Positions 23,721 through 37,450 of a stretch of 64,000 nt of DNA are shown one piece after another. The DNA is from Rhynchobatus australiae (Eukaryota). The notes below the pieces were generated by a model. The model searched no databases, was not told where the DNA came from, and saw only the letters and a list, made by a program, of their open reading frames with translations. Numbering within the stretch: the first letter of the stretch is position 1; every line of letters begins with the position of its first letter. The stretch is taken from the NCBI GenBank assembly GCA_034780895.1, contig JAUZTB010000065.1, positions 28,853,724 to 28,917,723 on the forward strand. The letters run 5' to 3'. The translations under genes and the position numbers were made by a program.

Positions 23721-25004
23721 AATGGTTTCTTTCCATTGACAGTTGGTGTTTGGAATTGGTCTGTAATCCAAATGTTAAAGTATGCAAGGTGTCTTGCTCA
23801 TTTATTCTAGTCTGTTTCCAGAACACTGGTTCAGACTTGATGGGATATGAGCCACAGGATGAAAATGACCATATGGCTAATTAAGCTTTTACTTTCATCA
23901 AATCATGTCAAACTGATTTTACAGTAAACTTCACCTCCAATATTTTACTGACCAGTGTCAATCAAGTATCACCGTTAATCTGCTGAACCCATCCCAGGTT
24001 ATTTCACAAAAGTAAGAACTATATTATAAATGTAATCTAAGTGTAATCTTAAATGTAATATATTTAAAAATATCATCTAAAGTGGCATTAACCCAGATAA
24101 GAGGTAGTGTCTTGTGGAAAAGCTTGGGGAGAAAGTTCTCTCCAGTGGATCTTTTCCATGACACAACTCCCATCACCTCCTTAGGCAAACCCCTCCACAA
24201 ATACCCACAACCACTTGTGTCTTACCCTATCCCTCACCCCATTATAAGGTGGATCCGTTCTTGTCCTCCAACTTCCCATGTTCTCTGTGAAGCATGCTGG
24301 AATGTTTCTCAAATGGGAGTTATCGTCAACAAAAAGCTTTATGGAAAGATTATAGAGTCTGTTAAAGGGGTATAAAATATATTCCAAAGGATGACCTGTT
24401 TAAATTGAATGGAGGGCTGGCAGTGTTTATTTATATTTGTGGTTTGCTATAGTTTTCAAAGTAAATAATTCATTTAGGGTGATATTTTAGCATGCTAATT
24501 ATAGCAATCCTATTAGGAAGGCAGTAAGAAGTCAAACTTTTCAGCACTACTTCTGGCTTTATCAATAAGAAGGGAAAGATATTTATTGGCATTGACAATA
24601 AATGCAGTTAAAAGCAATAGCAGTGACATAACCAAGTGTATCATCTCTGAAGATATTTCTTTGTTCAATTGAAGCTGGATTTTTAAGCCAAGAAAGCTAG
24701 TTCTGTTATATTGTTGTCTTGCTAAACTTGCGTCCTTAGAACCTGGAGGCTAGAGCTTGGAGAAAAGCAGAAGTTGCACATCTCAAAGGTTATGTTATGA
24801 AACAATGAGACACATTTTCATATTGAACAAAATTCTTCTTATAGTATCTGTTGGAATTGCTGCATAAGGAGTTGGCCTAACAGTGAGTATTCTATCCAGA
24901 CTAAGAGATTAATCCATTTTCCTCGAGCCGATACCTCATTTATTGATGTATGCGATGTGCAAGTATGGAATCTTAATTATAACAGAAACGTCAAACTTAT
25001 TTCA

Positions 25005-26357
25005 TAGAAAGGAGGACATGGAGGATAGTGAGATCAGTGTGGAGTATGCTAATAATCTAGGGCATGTTGAGATCAAGAAGGAGGTGGTGTTGGGTATATT
25101 GAAGAACATTAAGGTGGATTAGTCCCAAGGAAATGAAGGGATCTATCCAGATTGAAATAGGCCCCAAAAATCTGGGACCTCGACAAAGATCTTTGTATTC
25201 TCTTGCTGGCAAGGTGTCCAGAGGATGTTCCATTCTTTTTTTAAAGAAGGGCAAAAGGGATAATCCAGGAAATTATAGGACGGTTAGCCTCTTCGGTGGT
25301 AGGGAAGCTGGAGAAGAGGATTCTCAGGGATAGGTTTGCTCACATTTGGAAAAGCATAGGCTTATTAGGGATAGTCAGCATCACTTTGAGTGGGACAGGT
25401 CATACATTACAAACCTGATTGTTTATTTTGAGGAGTTGATGAAGTTGATTGACTCAAAAAATGATTAGTGGTGGAGGGATTTTATTCTGACTTGAAGTTT
25501 GTGACCAGTGGTGTTCTGCAGGGATCAGTACTGGGACCTCTCTTTGTGATATTAAATGATAAAATTGCAGATGGGCTGATTAGTAACTTTGCAGATGACA
25601 AAAATTGGAGTTGTAGATAGTGAAGAAGGCTGTCAAAGGATACAGCAGGATATAGATAAGCTAAAGACATGGGTGGAGAAATGGGAGATGTACACTTTGG
25701 GAGGTCAAATGTAAGAGAGTACAAAGTAAGTGGAGAACATTAATGTACTCAGGGATCTTTGGGTCCAGGTCCATAGCTCCCTGAAAGTGGCCACACAAGT
25801 AAATAGTGCTTATGGCATGCTTCCCTTCGTTGGTTGGGGCATTGAGTACAAGAGTCATTTTGCAGCTATATAAAACTTTGGTTTGGCCATATTTGGACTA
25901 TTGTGTGCAATTCTGGTTGCCTCCTTACAGGAAGGATGTGGAAGCTTTTGAAGTTCACCAGGATGAAGGAGAGGTCGAACTCAGATTGTTTTCTCTAGAA
26001 TGTAAGAGGCCTTGTAGTGGTTTATAAAACGAGAGGCAAAGATATAGTAGATAGTCCTTTCCCCAGGATAGAAATGTCAAATACCAGAGGGCATTGCCTT
26101 AAGGTGAGAGAGGGAAAGTTTAAAGATGATGTGTGGGGTAAGTTTTGTTTTACACAGTGATAGCTGCCCTGAACACACTGCCAGGGGTGATGGTGGGATC
26201 AAACATGATAGTGGAGTTTAAGAGGCATTTGGGCAAGCATATGAACATGCAGGGAATGGAAGGAATTTGATCATGTGCAGGCAGATAAGTTTTGTTTAAT
26301 GTGGCATCGTGTTCAGCACAGACATTGCGAGCTGAAGGGTCTGTTCTTGTTCTGTGT
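25005..26357 (+). mobile_element. CR1 (HER1-like) LINE, degenerate RT region to 3' tail
   Basis: LFLKKGKRDNPGNYRTVSL; VTSGVLQGSVLGPL; FADD (tttgcagatgac); LQLYKTLVWPYLDYCVQFWLPPYRKDV; typical 3' tail. Multiple frameshifts and deletions. Confidence 0.9.
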
Positions 26358-26439
26358 AAGCTGACTAAGTTTGAAATAGAAAGATGGTTAACTTCAGACA
26401 AACTGAGCACAAAAGTAATCATTTGCTTCAGAGCTGTTT

Positions 26440-27650
26440 CTGCAATTGCTTAACAGCATTTAACATTAATTAAAGCTTGTGTAGCTGTTGTGTTTTTACA
26501 TTCTAGATTGCTTGATCATACCCTGGAGTTTATCCACCTTTCAGTATACCTCCTTGATATATACTGATACCTCCTCTGTTGTAATGTGGATATGTTCCAA
26601 TACGTCACTATTCATTTCCTTTAATTCCTTAGCTTCCATGACCTTCTCCATGGCAAGTAGCGATGAGAACTACTCATTTCGCAGCTTGCCCATCTCCTGT
26701 GGCATCATACATGGATAGCCACTTTGATCCTTCGGGGANNNNNNNNNNNNNNNNNNNNCCCCTTTTGCTCTTTCTACTTGTAACATGTCTTAGGATTTTC
26801 CATTACCTTATCTGTGAAGGTGGTCTTGTGTTCTCTTTTTGCTCTCCTGCTTTCTTTCTCAAGTATACTCCTACATCTGTATTTCTCATGGGATTCACTT
26901 GATCCCAGCTGCCTATACCTGACATGCGCCACATCCTTTCTACTGACCAATCCCTCAACATCCCTTGTGAACCAGGGATCCCTAATTCTGCCACTTTTGT
27001 CCTTCACTCTAACAGGGATATACTCTCCCTGATCTTCCTTTATCTCATTGTAACAGCATCTGACTAGAGAGAAGTTCCTTTCTCTGCAAACAGCCTCCCC
27101 TAATCAACCTTTGAAAATTCCTGTCTAATGCCTTCAAAATCTGCCTTGCTCCAATTTAAGATTTTAATTTGTGGGCCAGTCCTACCTTTTTCCATAACTG
27201 CTTTAAATCTAATACATTCATGGTCACTAGTCCCAGAGTGCTTCTCCACTGGCGTTTCTGTTACTTGGCCAGCCTCATTTACCACAGGAGGTCGAGTATT
27301 GCCCCTCTTTAGTAGGGCCACCTTCATACTGTTTGAGAAAATTTTTCAGAACACATTTAACAAAATCTGTCCCATTGAAGCCCTTTGCATGATGGGAGTC
27401 CCAGTCAATATGAGGGAAATCAAAATCACCAACTGTTACAACTCAATTATTCTTGTGGTTTTCTGCAGTGACCCTACATATTTGTTCCTCCTAATTCTTG
27501 CTGACCACTGGGGGGTGGATGTGGTGTTCTTTAACACAATCCCATCAAAGTAATCATGCCCTTATTTCTAAGTTGCACCCATACAGTCTTACTGGACGCC
27601 CCATCAAGAATGTTCTCTATAAGTACTGAGGTGGTGTTTCCCCTAATCGA
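26440..27650 (-). mobile_element. CR1 LINE fragment (endonuclease C-terminus and linker)
   Basis: Minus-strand ORFs GQVTE…GTSDHECIRFK…ILNWSKADFEGIRQE, DPWFTRDVEGLV and KESRRAKREH…ENPK. Confidence 0.85.
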
Positions 27651-29199
27651 AAATACAACTTCCTTTCCTCTTGCCTCCACCTGTAGCATCTCTACCCTTT
27701 GAAAGTGTGCTGTGTACCAGAACCAAAAGGAATCACACTGATAGGCAGCAATAAGAGCACTGATGGAGTGACAGTGTTGGGAATACGAAGACTGCCTTTA
27801 GAAAAGATTGTCCTCTATAGAGTCATAGCTACTTCCTTGGGCCCACCTCAGCAGCACTAGTAATCTGTTTGATTGCAGGTTGCTAATGTATCCTTGTGCT
27901 TGTTCTCCCCCTCTGATCTAACCTCTCCTGCATGGAGGAACTACAAGTTGTGATACCTCACAATCCCCTTTACACACTGTGATTTACATTTATGACAGGA
28001 ATTAGAGATTTCATTCCAGCAAACCAAACAACTTTAGCACTGTTGTTAAGTGGCTGCTGCTTGTGCTGCAATAGAAGTCCTGACATTGGCAGTCAGTTGC
28101 TTTTATTATGGTTGGGTCCATATATCTGAATAGAGTTGGTTACCACTTTAAGATTGGAAAGGATGATCCCCTGGGTTCTGCACCAATTTCTGTGCCAACT
28201 TGTAGGTGAGAATCAAGCACGAGGATAGTAGTTTCTGCTCCATTATGGCATGCACTACCAGTTTGGCAATGGTGGCCAGTACCACCTTCATGGGGTTAGG
28301 ACATGCTGGCAAGCCTGTTACCTCTCGCCTCTGAATTGTGCATCACTTTGTCCAGCAAAGAGGGAAATATATTGATTAATATCATGTAATATATTTGAAT
28401 GATGTGGATTTTGTAGTTGCATAGTTGGTATGGTTCACAGATTTGGTTTAAGGCTACATCTGAAGTGAAGCATGTGATTGATAGGTACTTCCTAATTGAC
28501 ACAGGTTGTTGGTTGACAGGCATGTGGTGAAGTAAGCTATTTAGGATAGTTTTGCAGTTAAATAAACAACATTGAGATTCATATTGCTGGCCTCAAACAC
28601 ATGGATGAGATTAATGAACTCCTTGCAGCTCTGTATCCTTAGCTGGAACTACGGCCAAGTTGTCTCCTTGTTCTCTGCTGCTACTGCCTTCTGAGCTTGT
28701 GTTCTATGGATACGAGACATCTCCACACCACCTTTTATCAAAACCTGCAGGACCATACACAAATACCTTGAATCTCCTTTCAAGCAGTGGAGGTTAGTTT
28801 TACCTACTTGCACAGTTTTGGCTCATTGCTGGCAACAAGCCAGTGAATAGCAGTGTACCTGTAGAATGATGTCTTTGCATAGGTGCAGATGTGTTACACA
28901 ATTCCCGAACACATTTTCAGGAGCTCTTGAATTTAACCATATCTGGGTATGTTCTCCCATTCCTTTATATCTTCAAACACTTCTGTCAAATTTCTCCATA
29001 GCTTCATCTATCAAGGAGTTTTAATTTGATTTTAATGTTTTTTTTTCTCAGAAGTATATTTGGTCATGTGTTCTGGTCCCTCTCCATTGCTTCAAAATCC
29101 TGGATTCTGGAGTATCTGGAGATGCAGTACTTCAAATGCTGTTTTGCGGTTTTCCACATAATAGCCCCACTCAACCTTTGTCTACATAGTAACCGATGT

Positions 29200-29296
29200 A
29201 AAGGCTGTCCCCGGGTTAGAAGTGCCCGACTTGTGAACATCAGTAGATATGAGCTCCCATAATCTTATTAAATTCATAAGTCTGACCTGCGTACAT
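29200..29296 (+). mobile_element. Possible pogo/Tigger-like DNA transposon end
   Basis: aggctgtccccgggttagaagtgcccgacttg resembles Tigger-type TIRs (CAGGTAGTCCCCGAGTTACG-like). No partner TIR was found. Confidence 0.35.
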
Positions 29297-32229
29297 CAAT
29301 TCATTCCTATGAACAACAGAATTAATTTCTTCTCTCTCTCCGCTTTTAGTAATTCTTTCTTATCAGTCTTGTGTGTTTTTTGATGCCATTCAATATGATA
29401 TTGTGGAGGTGTGGTTACCCTATTGGGAGATTTTATGGATATAATTGATTTAAGGACATATGTAAAAACTAAACCTGTTCATTACCCAGGCTGTAGAATT
29501 AAATGTTATGGTTTTGTCCACTTTTTATTTATTTATTTTTTTGTGACCTTGTATCAATTCACTGTGAACTTGCATGAAGGTGAGGGAGTTAAGAAACACC
29601 ATTTAAACGTAATGCATTTGCAATAAAAACAACCTGTATACATTTGGCGCTATTAACACAGTAATAAAACATTTTGTTGCCAAGTTAGAAGACAATTGAA
29701 CAGTACTTCAAATTAATGACATGTTTTTATCTAAATTTAGATGTAGAACAACATGACCTACATCTTGCATTTTCATAGATTGCTACAATTTACATTTTCA
29801 TTGAGTTTTATTTGTTAAGTAAATATCCCCCCCCCCCCCCCAAATTTTCTCCTTCATATGCACATTGTACTTGGATGCACAGCTTCTTAACTCCTATACT
29901 TTAGAAATCTGGTTTTGAATTAACAGTGTATGTAACTTAATTGAAATATTCAATGAAGAACCATTGTATTTAAATATGAGATTTAAAAAAGAGCTAAAAC
30001 AAAAGTTTGGCTAAAAAGTAGGTAAACCCTACCTGGCAGTAGCTATGAAATTTATTAATATATAACTTATTAACAATAAAACAATTGATGGGTTTTGTTG
30101 CTTTCTGATCTAACAGTGAAGTCTTGTAAGATTCTTCACAAAATTCAAATTGGCAGTTCTCCCATTTGAACACGAGGAAAACAGTTGCTATTCTAAGTAT
30201 ACTGAATAAATTTGATCTATCAGTGTGCAACTGTAGAGCTTTCCAAGAATGCAGAAGCTTGCTTGGATGTTATGTAAAATGTATGTAATAGTTGTCTCAT
30301 TGAAAGTTTCTTCCTCAATTTTCCTTATTTTCTGTGGTAAACTTTCAATTCCATATCATGTGATTTTAGCATAAATCAACCTCAAAAGAATAACATTGTG
30401 AGGACCAAAATTTGCAGGTAATGAAATGCACCAAAAGAGCAGCAGCTCCAGTCTAAGCATCTTAGTGATATGAGCACCAGCCATCATCTTCTATGATTGC
30501 CATAACACCATGATTCCTGGTGCAATTATATTTCCAATAACCTACCCTGCCTGTTACAGATGTATCTCAAAATATTTTCCGTCTTTTTCTCTTGCACCCT
30601 GCTGTCAAATATGAGGAGCCAAATGCTTTCACAGTGGTAAGTGTTTATGGGACTGGCAACAGTTACTTTTTAATCACTCTTTATGCAGTTGCAATAGACA
30701 TAGGCAAGACAGATTCTAACTAGATGCAGAATTATAAAGCAAAATACCACAGATGCTTAAAAATATGAAATAAAGATCTGCTGAGCATCTCCAGCATTTC
30801 AGGTAGGATCTGTGGAGAAACCTTTAGGGTGGGTGACCTTTGAATAACATCACTTTGCTCTTCCTTAAACTCATTGGTATTCACCTGCACTTTCATGTGT
30901 GGTTGCAAGTTCTATGTTACAGCCACACTTTGAGTGAAGAAGTTTCCCTTGAGTTTCTTATTGGATTTATTGGTGACTATCTTGTATTTCAGACTTCTGT
31001 TGAATGCTTTACAAATGTCATCATGTATGCTGTCAAACCCCTTCAACATTTTAAAGACCTCTGTGAAGTCACTTCTTTTAGAAGAAAGAGCGCTGGCTTC
31101 CCTGATTTTTTTTAATTAACCTCTTTTGGTTGTTTCCTTGTAAGTTTTGTTTTAGACCATTGCTATTACCTCTGTCCTTTTCAAAATATGAAGGACAGAA
31201 CCAAGCAAGATCTCCAAGCCCAGTCTAATCAAGACTCTTTCACGTGAAAGGCTCGTAATGGGTGCTGTGCTTTACAAGACTTTATCATCTTCTCAGATGT
31301 GCTCGACAGTTTTCATGAGTTATGGAACTATTGTGAAATCAGCATTAAAGTTTACATCATCATTCTCTGCAACCAAACCACTCTAAATTTTGTTCTAAGT
31401 TACTACATCTGATGTGTATTTACTGGGTGTTTGTGTACATTTTGGGAGTTTTGGGCACCACATAAACCAACAGAAAAAAAGCTGGCAGAAATTGTGCTAT
31501 TTTATTCATTGTTTTAGAGGTAAAAGAAAACTCCATTGAGACAGGTAAGCATGGCACAGCTCACTAATTTATAAATGTCAAGCTAACAGTGTATGATACA
31601 ATGCTAAACTTGCACTGCTTGTAGTTAAGCAAATTTTAGTGGTCCATGGGTGGTTATGGATGTTTATTTTTCATTTGGTGGAGTTAAGCGAATCACATTG
31701 AAGGAGTTTGGGATCTAAAATGTCATGACTTCTTAAGAACATAACCTCAAATATTTACTCTGCCTTTCTGTTTCCAACTACAAAGCATTACATACAATTT
31801 TTTTGTGTACTTGCCATTTAAGTTATGGGTACAATGGAATAGTTAACTGGGTACAAGCTTTATTCAAAAAGTTATAATTTATTTAAGTGTTTAGCAGTTT
31901 CTCAATTTGACAGTTTCTTGAAACCAAACTCTTCCCAAGTTCCATACAAAGATTCTTCACATCTAATTGATTTCTGTTAATGCCAGATCATTCACAATTA
32001 AACCTTACTGACTTACTGTGCTTAGATATTTTCCAGTTGCATTTTGTCTTGAGAGCATATTTTATTAAACTTGATATTTTTGGTGTAGGCAGTAGAGAAT
32101 CTGATCAGTGATTATAAATATTAAATGGAAGAATGAGCAAAAAATCAGGTCCATAAACTCGGATGTTTTTGTGTTTTGGTTAGAATTCATTCTTGTGTTG
32201 GATTTCTGGGGTAAAGGATTTGTCTATGA

Positions 32230-32720
32230 GGAGATATTAACCCATAGGCCTGTACTCTCAATTTTTGAAGAATGTACACTGTTAAAGGAGCTTAACAGTA
32301 GATTCAGAGTTGATATTTCCTCTGGTTAAGGTGACTAGAATCAGGGATTGGCCATTAAGGATAGAGATAAGAGAAGTTTCTTCATTCAGATGATGGCAAA
32401 TCTTTGCAATCCACTACCTAAGAAGTCTGTGGAGGCTCAGATAAGTATATTCAAGACAAATTGGTAGANNNNNNNNNNNNNNNNNNNNNNNNNNNNNNNN
32501 NNNNNNNNNNNNNNNNNNNNNNNNNNNNNNNNNNNNNNNNNNNNNNNNNNNNNNNNNNNNNNNNNNNNAAGACAAATTGGTAGATTTTAGTTATGAAGGG
32601 AATCTAAGGATATGTGCAAGAAAGTGGCATTGAAGTAAAAGATTAGCCATGATCTAGTAAAATGGCAGATCTAGCATGAGGAGACAAATTATTTATTCCT
32701 GCAACTTTTTCTAAGGTTCT
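32230..32720 (+). mobile_element. Old CR1 3' end
   Basis: gtctatgaggagatatt…actagaatcaggg…gagataagagaagtttcttcattcag…gattagccatgatct tail. Confidence 0.7.
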
Positions 32721-33199
32721 CATTCTGTTTCCACATCAAAATGGGGAGGGGGGGGGAATATTTAGCTTGAGGAAATGCTTCTAGTTTGATCTAAAGTCGG
32801 CATGATTTTATTTTTAGGACTGAGGACTTGCAGAATAAGGTTTACTTTGCTATGTCATCTAATAGGTGAAATTCTAACTGTGTTCCATGAATTTGATGAT
32901 GGTGCACATTGAGTAATTTTGTGAATTTGTAAATGTTAGACAACACAAGGAGAGCTATTGTTTATTGTAAAAAAAAATCCTCGTGGCAGAGAGGGAGATG
33001 TATTTTTTTTATCCTTGAATTGGACTTCTGCTTCAGAGATGAAGGGTCCCTTTTCCTAATTTTCATTTACAACGTCTATTGAACTAAATCATTTCCATAA
33101 ATTTTTTTGATCACTTTTAATAATAGTTTATCTTGAGTGCATTGTCTCAGCATGTACTCAGAAATCTATCATACTGTTGTTATATTTATCCAATAATTA

Positions 33200-33620
33200 C
33201 AAAAAACACTATTTTCCCCCTCCACCCACTCCATATGCCCATCACCCACACGCTCTTTCCACTAATTCTCCTCACACTGTTCCCATCTGCCCACACCTCC
33301 CTTATTATATTCCATGCTCCTCATTCCACCATCTGCAACCTTTTGCCTCCACCTATCACCTCCCTGCCTCTTGCTATTTCCACTCTTCCCTCCCTCATCT
33401 GTCTATCACTCCTCCTCATCAGTATCCACCAATCGCTAGCTAACTCTTGCTCCACACCTTTTCACCTTTTTATACTGGCTCTCTCCCCTTTATCTTTCAG
33501 TTCAGATGAAGTGCGTCGACCTGAAACATTGACCGTCCATTTCCCTTCACCAATGCTACCTGACCTGAGTTCCTACAGAATCTTGTTCGTTGCTCCAGAT
33601 TTCAGTACCTTGTGTCTATT
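33200..33620 (+). mobile_element. Penelope-derived repeat with decayed hammerhead motif (33498-33535)
   Basis: Same body and terminal motif as 21400-21840. Confidence 0.7.
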
Positions 33621-35379
33621 ATTTATGGAACCTCAACTTTGATAATGTGCAGTCAAAACTATTTTATAACTAGATCCTTGGTTTTGTCACCTCCTGGCTC
33701 AATTATTCCAACGTGCTTCTGGTTGGCACTATTCCTGTACTTCATCAGCTAAGCATTGCACACCATGAACTCATCCAAAACTCAATTGCCTATATCCCAT
33801 TCTGCAGCAAGGGCACCCATTTATCATTCTTGCTTGTTGATCTGTATTGGCTCCAAATCCTCCAGTACCTTGTCTAAAGTTCTCATTCCTGTTTTCCAGA
33901 ACCTTCATGAGCTTGCCCCTCTCGATCTCTTCACATCTACAACTATTGGAGATTCCCACTATTGTGCTTCCCCTATCTCTCGCCATTTGTGTTAATGGAA
34001 ATCTTCAATCATCTCTCCCAATTTCATCAGCAGCTCGGTATTAATTTTTCTGTTAATATAATAATGTGCAGCACTTTAGAAATGTAGAGGAGATGCATAA
34101 ATGTTTAGGTGGAAATAAGTTGGGGCACTGAATACAAGTCCATGAATATTGCCATATATTCATTTTGATGGAGGTACCTTTTCAGTATTGCAAAACTAAC
34201 CCTTTTTAAAGTTAGAATATAAAATGGTTCAGGAATCCTCCAATAGAAGTGCCCTGCCACTTGTAACAATTGTGTCACTTAAACTTGTATTGAATCTCAA
34301 AGATGGAGAACTAACATGCTGTAGACTTTAGANNNNNNNNNNNNNNNNNNNNNNNNNNNNNNNNNNNNNNNNNNNNNNNNNNNNNNNNNNNNNNNNNNNN
34401 NNNNNNNNNNNNNNNNNNNNNNNNNNNNNNNNNNNNNNNNNNNNNNNNNNNNNNNNNNNNNNNNNNNNNNNNNNNNNNNNNNNNNNNNNNNNNNNNNNNN
34501 NNNNNNNNNNNNNNNNNNNNNNNNNNNNNNNNNNNNNNNNNNNNNNNNNNNNNNNNNNNNNNNNNNNNNNNNNNNNNNNNNNNNNNNNNNNNNNNNNNNN
34601 NNNNNNNNNNNNNNNNNNNNNNNNNNNNNNNNNNNNNNNNNNNNNNNNNNNNNNNNNNNNNNNNNNNNNNNNNNNNNNNNNNNNNNNNNNNNNNNNNNNN
34701 NNNNNNNNNNNNNNNNNNNNNNNNNNNNNNNNNNNNNNNNNNNNNNNNNNNNNNNNNNNNNNNNNNNNNNNNNNNNNNNNNNNNNNNNNNNNNNNNNNNN
34801 NNNNNNNNNNNNNNNNNNNNNNNNNNNNNNNNNNNNNNNNNNNNNNNNNNNNNNNNNNNNNNNNNNNNNNNNNNNNNNNNNNNNNNNNNNNNNNNNNNNN
34901 NNNNNNNNNNNNNNNNNNNNNNNNNNNNNNNNNNNNNNNNNNNNNNNNNNNNNNNNNNNNNNNNNNNNNNNNNNNNNNNNNNNNNNNNNNNNNNNNNNNN
35001 NNNNNNNNNNNNNNNNNNNNNNNNNNNNNNNNNNNNNNNNNNNNNNNNNNNNNNNNNNNNNNNNNNNNNNNNNNNNNNNNNNNNNNNNNNNNNNNNNNNN
35101 NNNNNNNNNNNNNNNNNNNNNNNNNNNNNNNAGGAAGAAGTAGAATAAGAGAGTAGTGGATAACAGAAGGATAAACAAATGAAGATGGGGAGTGCACTGA
35201 AATGAATGATGTAAAAGATGACAAGGAATTCAATGACTTCAGTAGAATGAATTTGGAAGGCAGTGTACAACAAACCAATGTTATTTTAGTATCACTGCCT
35301 GGGTAATGAATTTCTAGGCATATGTTCCACTGAAGTTGTTTCTCATCTGAAGTCCAAATATTGACTTAATGCATTCTCA

Positions 35380-37450
35380 ATTGATAGAACAATTCCCCTC
35401 TCTGCAGTCAGTCCAGTGAACCTTCGCACATCATCTAAATGAAGAATATATTGCCTTAAGTAAACAAACTACAACTGCACAGTATTCTAGGTGTGGTGTC
35501 TCCATGATCCTATATAATTGCTGTAAAATTTGTGCCCCAATCATATTATAATAAAGATTAAGATATCTCCTTTCTTAATTGTTTGCCATTCTTGTTAACT
35601 TTGTGATATTTGAATAGGCATTTTATGTCCCTATAAATAACAACATTTGACAGTTGATTTAAAAAGTTTTTCTATTTTCCTAAGGAAATAACCTCTCACT
35701 TTTTCACATTCCCTCTGCCATATCCTTGACCCACATACCTTCCTTAGTCATGTTGCATCCTCATCNNNNNNNNNNNNNNNNNNNNNNNNNNNNNNNNNNN
35801 NNNNNNNNNNNNNNNNCCCTCATCTCATCTGTTGATATAGATGGAAAGTACTGAGGTATGAGCACTGTTCATTGCACTGTGTCACTAGTTGTAGTCTGCC
35901 AATTCCAAAATGGCATGATAATTCATATTTTCTCTTTGATAACTATTAATCCTTGCTGTGATATTTCCCACAATACTCAGCCACTTACAATTTCAAACTC
36001 AACTTGTCAAACAAGATTTTTCACTTAATAAATCAGTGTTTACTTTGCCCAAAATATTGTGGTTTCTTTGTGCTTTGTTAGCATATCCCCATTGATAGCG
36101 TATTCTTCACACTGGCCGAACTAACTAGCTCGTATGTTTGTGGTTTTCTCCTCCACAGGTACAGACAAACAATGTTATTTTTGGAAAATAACAAGCCTTT
36201 TCCTCTAACCTTATAAAATACAAATGCAGGGGTAGGTCAGTCAGCTCCTCAAACTTTCTCTGCTATTCATGTTTGATCCAACTTTGGCTTCAACATCACT
36301 TTCCCACTCTCCCCAGAACTCTTCATTCCATTGTAGTTTAAGTATACATTGATATATATTTCTTGAATATCTCAGATGACTCTGCTTCCACAGCTATGGG
36401 GTAGAAAGTTCCAAAGATTCACAATTTTCTAAGAGGAAAAAAATCATCACTGTCTGAAATTATGTCCCCTTGTTTTAGATAGCCCCACTAGGGGGAAAAC
36501 ATCCTTTCAGCATCCACCCTGTATTCCCACTCAAAAACCATGTTTCAATAAATCCAGTTCTCATTCTTCTGCACTCCAATATAGGCCCAACCTATTCGAT
36601 CTTTCTTCATACACCAGCCCCTTCATTCTGGGAATCAACTGAGTGAATCTCTGCACTTCCCCCAGTACGTACTACAGGTGTAGTTTCATCAGTACCCTGT
36701 AAAATTGCATCAAAATGTCCCTATTTTTGTATTCCATATCACTTGCCATATATGCTTTCCTAATTTTTTACTGTATTTCCATGTTAATTTTGTGCTTCTT
36801 GTATGAGGATCCTGAGATCCCTTTGCACCTTGACATCTTATAGTTTTAATCCATTTGAATAATTTACTTTTCCATTTTTTTTTCCAAAGATTTTCTGCAT
36901 TTCATTGTAGCCAACAACCTCTTTCCCAGACATTTAACCTACTAATGTCACTCTGCAGACTCTTTCTGTCCTTGTATCATTGTGAATATTGGAGATACCC
37001 AGCACTGATCCGTAAGACATCATTCCAGTTATTAATTCCCAATCCAAAAATGGCCCATTCATCAGTTTTCTGTTAGCTGCTCCTATCTATGTCAATATAC
37101 TACGTACTATCTCCTTTGGTTCTTGTGCAGTAAACTTTCATGTGGTGCACTATTGAATTGGCACTTCTAGAAATCCAAAAAACACTAGATTTTCTTGTTG
37201 CCCTTTATCTATCCTGTTAGTTACATTCTCATTAAAAAAAACTCCTAACAAGTTTGTCAAAAGCAATTTCCCCTTCATAAAGCAATATTGATCCTGCTTG
37301 TGTCTTATGATTTTCTAAATATCCTGCTATTGCCTCCTTTCAGTATGGATTTCAGTATTTCTCAGTAACAGATGTTAGCTGACCTGGCCTATAGTTTGTT
37401 ACCATCTGTCTCTCCTGTCTTGAAATGTGGAGTTACACTTGCTAGTCTTG
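35380..37450 (-). mobile_element. Nested old CR1 fragments
   Basis: Reverse CR1 words: aactgcacagtattctaggtgtggt, ggggaaaacatcc, ctagaaatccaaa, gacctggcctatagtt. A second 3' tail starts near 36215. Confidence 0.7.

Noticed and set aside
25005-27650. Opposed CR1 pieces as one 5'-inverted insertion
   Set aside because: They converge tail-to-tail and overlap in element coordinates, which fits independent insertions better than twin priming.
34297-35278. Long ORFs in the track (also near 2837, 6436, 45055, 47011, 55709 and 58231)
   Set aside because: They are runs of N translated as X, not real coding sequence.
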